Assembly: GCF_006345805.1 (NCBI RefSeq)
Contig: NC_042999.1
Coordinates: 46,252,001 to 46,316,000 of the forward strand
Reading direction: 5' to 3'
DNA from: Octopus sinensis
Lineage: Eukaryota
DNA length: 64,000 bases
Position 1 is the first letter of the stretch, and every line of letters begins with the position of its first letter. The notes beneath the pieces are model-generated. The model searched no databases, was not told where the DNA came from, and worked only from the letters and a program-made list of their open reading frames with translations. This document shows positions 58,210 to 64,000 of the stretch, piece by piece. Both the position numbers and the translations under genes were made by a program.

Positions 58210-59260
58210 CTATGACGAAAGGACCGGTTAAATTGCTCGGGGTCTGCTTTGGTCTGGATTTCCAAGTTCACAAGAACTGGTGGGATGTGAGGAGCAGGGT
58301 GGCCAGTCTCACCTAGAAATTGACAGAGAGGTGGAGAATGCGTGCATCGCTTCCGTTATCTACTACTGCCTGACTGTCGCCCCATTGCTCTGCTTAGTGG
58401 TTTATTAAGCTGGAGCGCTTGCTTTTGCATTTTCTTTAGAAAGGACGGATTCTGCTCGTCAGACGGTCCAGCTGCTGTCAACAGCCGTTGAGTGGAGAAC
58501 TGGCCATGCTGTGGCTAATGATGCGCAGAAATTTGCTGAAGCTGTAAGATCTCCAGCGTTTTCTTAACGGTGAGCAAATGTGGTCGCCGTTTGTCAGACG
58601 ATATTTTCCGCAGACGATATTTTTCGCAGCTTGTCTCATTGACAGAGCTGTGGGATCAAGCGTAGAACGAGAAAGAGCGCTTGATTCCAGCAGTGGAGGC
58701 GCAATGGCCCAATGGTTAGGGTAGCGGACTTGCGGTCGGAGGATCGCGGTTTCGATTCCCAGACCGGGCGTTGTGTGTGTTTATTGAGCGAAAACACCTA
58801 AAATCTCTACGAGGCTCCGGCAGGGGGTGGTGGCGACCCCTGTTGTACTCTTTTGTTCCAACTTTCTCTCACTCTTTCTTCTTGTTTCTTGTCCCCGACT
58901 TCCTACGCAACCGCTGAGCTTGGATGCGCATTCAGCCATCCGTCGATGCTCTCGGTGTCGGGGGGTTGACCTGCTTTCTCTTCTGCGGGTCTTACGAATA
59001 GCAAAGGACCACGTTTCGGACTTCTCCCTTCTTGCGAGCTCTGGGACGAAGACCGTTCGCTCAACAGCAACAACAACAGCAGTGTCAGCAAGCGCTCACA
59101 GCCTTCTGCCAATCTGGCAATGCTGTTGGCGGAAGTTCGACAAAAGAATTCTATAGGGGAATAACGGCTGGCAAGCGCGACGACATACTCGGGGAAACTC
59201 TGGGCGTCTTGAGGGATCAATGAGCTGAACTTTTCCGGAGGACTTTCTCTTTATTTTCCC
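58210..59260 (+). mobile_element. Degenerate L1/Tx1 ORF2 fragment interrupted by a family C SINE (58695-58890)
   Basis: GPVKLLGVCFG...KLERLLLHFL...LVRRSSCCQQPLSG parallels 16327-16737; the part after the SINE is less certain. Confidence 0.6.
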
Positions 59261-59439
59261 CTTCAGCTAACTTTTTAACCACCTAATAACTAATACTTCC
59301 CCACTCTATCGTACCCACTTTTTCCCTCACCTTCTTTCCCTTTCCTTCTTTTCTCTCACCATCTTTTTCTTTCGCCCTACGCCTCTCCCTTCAGCTAACC
59401 ACGTCACACATTTATCCTCAGTGTAATTATAATATATAT

Positions 59440-59670
59440 TTCTTTACGGCCCACAAAGGGCTAAACATAGAGGGGACAAACAAGGACAGACAAAGGGATT
59501 AAGTCGATTACATCGACCCCAGTGCGTAACTGGTACTTTATTTATCGACCCCGAAAGGATGAAAGGCAAAGTCGACCTCTGCGGAATTTGAACTCAGAAC
59601 GTAACAGCGGACGAAATACGGCTACGCATTTCGCCCGGCGTGCTAACGTTTCTGCCAGCTCACCGCCTTC
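59440..59670 (-). mobile_element. SINE family A
   Basis: Full core and head in reverse orientation. Confidence 0.85.
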
Positions 59671-60335
59671 AAATGTAATTATAATATATATCTTACTCTG
59701 CCCCTTCCTCTCTTATTTCTTCTCTCGACTCTTTCTCCCACTCATCCATCTCTCCCTCTCCCTTTTACTCCACCTCTCACTCACTTGACCCCCTTCTCAC
59801 CAACTAACGGACGAACGAACAAGCAGAATTATATATAGAATAGCATACCCATATCGGCAAAAATGCCGACAATTTTATTAATGATAGAAAGTGGCTCATC
59901 AACACATTAATAATTATCAGCAATCTAGTAAATATATGTACATACACAAAATTGAAGCACTTGAGGAATAAGACGTAACGTCTCGGTTGTAACGTTACCC
60001 ACATAATATATGTTTGTTTACGCACCATCACACGTACAAACGCGCGCGCGCGCGCACACACACACACACACACACGCACATGCACAAATACACACACACA
60101 CATATTTCGTTTGCAAGATTCTTTATGTGAAGACGTGTGTTGAAGCATATTTTATTGTGTCTGGGGAGAGTCATTCTCTTTTAGTGCCTTATTATTTAAC
60201 ACACTCAACGGTTCAATTTCCATTCATTTACTTAATTTATTTTCTAAAATTTTCGTTGCGTCTTGCGACCTTTTCAATAATAATGCATAAAATATCTTCA
60301 CGGGGAGAAAAATATTGAAAACATCAATACAATAT

Positions 60336-60499
60336 GCGTAGGAGTGGCTGTGTGGTAAGTAGCTTGCTTACCAACCACATGGTTCCGGGTTCAGTCCCAC
60401 TGCGTGGCACCTTGGCCAAGTGTCTTCTACTATAGCCTCGGGCCGACCAAAGCCTTGTGAGTGGATTTGGTAGACGGAAACTGAAAGAAGCCCGTCGTA

Positions 60500-60546
<47 letters not shown>

Positions 60547-60760
60547 ATATATGTTTGTGCGTCTGTGTTTGTCCCCCAACATCGTTTGACAACCGAGGCT
60601 GGTGTATTTACGTCACCGTAACTTAGCGGTTCGGCAAAAGAGACCGATAGAATAAGTACTAGGCTTACAAAGAGTAAGTCCCGGGGTCGGTTTGCTCGAC
60701 TAAAGGCGGTGCTCCAGCATGGCCACAGTCAATGACTGAAACAAGTAAAAGAATAAATAA
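60336..60760 (+). mobile_element. SINE family B, full length
   Basis: gcgtaggagtggctgtgtgg head, CORE-like accttggccaagtgtcttctac, gtaaaagaata tail. Confidence 0.88.
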
Positions 60761-62532
60761 AATAGTACATGAATGACAAACAAACGAGGAAGGTGGTTAT
60801 AACATATGCTAGAAACAACAGTCAAATTTCTCTTAAATCACACCTTAAAGTCTGAAAATTTAATTTTGCTGTTATTTGAAATCAGTAGGAGTTATTCGGG
60901 ATATTTTCCTTTTGATGGACGGAATTCAACACAATTTCTAGTTAACTAAACAATTTGAAACTTCGTATACTGGTAGAATGTGTCAAAAGAAAACATTATT
61001 TTCACTTGGCTTTTTTGAGAAAATTGTAATTTGTAAGTTTAACGTAGTTTAATTCTTCGAATTTTAACCAATGAATTGCCAGCATTTGAGCTCAAATCAT
61101 TTGCTGCGTTATCGATATTGATAAGCAAACGAGGAGACGCACGCCGCACACACACACACACACACACATATATTCAGATACATACACACGTACACTTGCA
61201 CACACACACACACACTCTCTCTCTCAAACACATGCATATACATTTGCACAAGCACATAGTAATTAATATATAAGCGTACACACACATACAAACGGAGATA
61301 TACATACACACACATACGCACACAAGCATACATACACGTTCGTCATATACACATATACGCACACAAGCATACATACACGTTCGTGAGTTCGCACTGGTGT
61401 CGATAGAATCGACTTAATACTTTTGTATCTGTAACGAAAACGTGTGAATATCTTCTCTGGACCTTTTGGGGGTTCGAGAAGCAATCACTTTCCGTTGCTT
61501 TAATAATCCAGATCCTCTACCAGTCAGAAACAAACAAGACGCAAACGTAAATAATATATATCTACTTTATTCTCTTATGTGGTAACAGGTAATTGGTGTA
61601 TCTGGCATCCCTTTGGTATAGATGTGTCTCAGCTGAACCTTATCGCTGTAAAATAAGAAAGTGTTCAAATACAAAACGACACTTGTCAAAGATGGCGTCC
61701 GGAGAAAGGAAGATGATGTAGTCTGCAACAATTTGGTTAAAAGCTTTCGGTAAAGGCTGCTGCTAGAATCAAATTCGGACAGAGAGAATATACGTGTTGT
61801 ACCTTCGATAGCCATGTCTCAAGTTACTGACTGCTGCTGGACGCTAGTGGTCAACGTCCTACGATCCCCTGCCTCGGCTAACTGCCACGTAGGCAAAAGG
61901 GTCCTTCTTCCGGTGCTTCGCGCATGCGCGAGGGGGCCCTTCCTCTCTCTGCCTTGGTGAAGGCACAAACTCCGCACGCGCGAAACAGGAATGGACGGTG
62001 CGCGCGCGCGCCGCTGTATAGCGTCACTACATATCTCATGCTTTGTCCCCTCTGTGTTTTGCCCCTTGCCGGAACAAATTTACACAAAAGGTAAATAAAC
62101 CAGTAATGGGGAGGGGGGGTCAATGTTTCATCGTTTCGGGGTCGATAAATTAAGTACCAATTACGCACTGGTGTCGAGTATTTTTTTCCCAATTTATATC
62201 ACAGCCTCCGACAAGCTGGGGCATCCTTTTATGAATAAATATTTCGCTAATTTTTACAATACGACCCACACTCCACGCGCACCCTCATATCCCACTCTAG
62301 ACCGATTTGGGCATATTATTGTTTTGTTTTTGTTGTTTTTGGTACGCAAAACCATGGGAGAATCTTTTTCGGTAAAAAAAAAATTAAGAAAATATAAAAA
62401 AAATATCGTTAATATTTTTATTGGGCGACGAAATTCATCGATTTAAGAGATATGGCTGTTATTTCTAGCACATGCCTCGTTTGTTTATCAATATCGATGA
62501 GCGAGACAGACAGAATAGAGAAGGATGAATAA

Positions 62533-62576
<44 letters not shown>

Positions 62577-63090
62577 CCCGCGCGCGCTGTTTACGTTGTA
62601 ACAAGATGTCTGAGTTTTTAGATGCAGCAAATGATTTGAGCTCAAATGCTGGCAATTCATTGGCTAAAATTCGAAGAATTAAATTACGTTAAAGTTACAA
62701 ATTACAAATTTATCAAAAAAGTTAAGTGAAAATAATGTTTTCTTATGTCACATTCTACCAGTATACGAAGTTTCAAATTGTTTAGTTAGCTAGAAATTGT
62801 GTTGAATTCCGTCCATCAAAAGGAAAAGATCCGTTATTCGTCCTAAACTCTACTGAAATTATCGATCAACTACTCACGATCGATTGGTTATACTTTATTA
62901 TAGTAGAGTGTGTTAAATAACAAACCACCTAAAGTGAATGGTGCTTCCCAGACACAATAATATATACATATACATTTATTCATAAAAACGGTAAGATAAC
63001 AAAAGAAAGAAAGAGACCTCGATATTATGTAAATAGAGAAATTTATCTGTAAATGTAATATGTGACAATTATTCGGTAGCCAAGATAAAA

Positions 63091-63602
63091 CTGGTACTTA
63101 ATTTATCGATTCCGAAAGGATGAAAGGCAAAGTCGACCTCGGCGGAATTTGAACTCAGAACGTAACAGCAGACAAAATACCTACATCTTTACTACTCACT
63201 AGGGGCTAAACACAGAGAGGACAAAGAAGGACAGACAAAGGGATTAAGTCAATTACATCGACCCCAGTGCGTAACTGGTACTTAATTTATCGATTCCGAA
63301 AGGATGAAAGGCAAAGTCGACCTCGGCGGAATTTGAACTCAGAACGTAGCGGCAGACGAAAGACGAAATGCCTATTTCTTTACTACCCACAAGGGGCTGT
63401 ACACAGAGAGGACAAAGAAGGACAGACAAAGGGATTAAGTCGATTACATTGACCCCAGTGCGTACTGGTACTTAATTTATCGACTTCGAAAGGATGAAAG
63501 GCAAAGTCGACCTCGGCGGAATTTGAACTCAGAACGTAACGGCAGACGAAATACGGCTTCGCGTTTCGCCCGGCGTGCTAACGTTTCTGCCAGCTCGCCG
63601 CC
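63091..63602 (-). mobile_element. Head-to-tail trimer of SINE family A
   Basis: Three aaaggatgaaaggcaaagtcgacctcgg cores about 185 bp apart. Confidence 0.9.
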
Positions 63603-64000
63603 TTCTTCGCAGATTTTTCTCTTGCGGCCCGCTTGATACTTTCTTGAACGTATTTAGACACATATTTTTTGAAAAGTTTTATTAAAAATTAAAGATTGTA
63701 AGGAAAAGTAAGGCGCTCTTTCGTTTTGACTTGAAAAGTAAAAAGGAAAGACACTACTGTTTTTGCAGCGACAATATTTCATGCCAAATCAACGATCATC
63801 CATTCATTATTGTAATAATAGCGGGAGAAATCAAAATGCTTTCAATTCTATCGGCAGTGATTATTTGACTATTATTTGACTATTAATGCATAAAGTATAG
63901 AAGCGACCCGCCTAAAGCATTCTGTGATTAAAGTGGCTAGCTCTTTATATATACCTCTTTATGTGTTGTATGTGTGTGAATGTGTGTGTGGTAGTGTGTG

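Overview
Eukaryotic, AT-rich, microsatellite- and transposon-dense DNA. The SINE families and repeat make-up suggest an octopus (coleoid cephalopod); this is inference. No rRNA, CRISPR or prokaryotic features are present. Most ORF-track entries are microsatellite or SINE artefacts. The main gene is largely missed by the track: a + strand gene of 16 phase-consistent GT-AG exons from 3398 to 48373 (2907 nt, 968 aa plus stop; 5' exons not found, probably upstream; one extra 60-nt exon possible). It encodes a glycoside hydrolase family 10 (xylanase-like) domain followed by five complete 8-Cys WSC domains and S/T/N-rich linkers. Both catalytic Glu are kept, but three normally conserved substrate-binding residues are changed. 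Three type I hammerhead ribozyme motifs lie in the gene's sense orientation (2962, 8701, 10636). The first is upstream of the first visible exon, after a Penelope-like fragment; the other two are in intron 3. Other elements: a near-intact R4/Dong LINE, L1/Tx1, CR1-like, Gypsy and Chapaev-like fragments, non-autonomous Helitrons, three SINE families, several perfect inverted repeats and a 2.45-kb near-identical tandem duplication. All coordinates, alignments and folds were worked out by eye.
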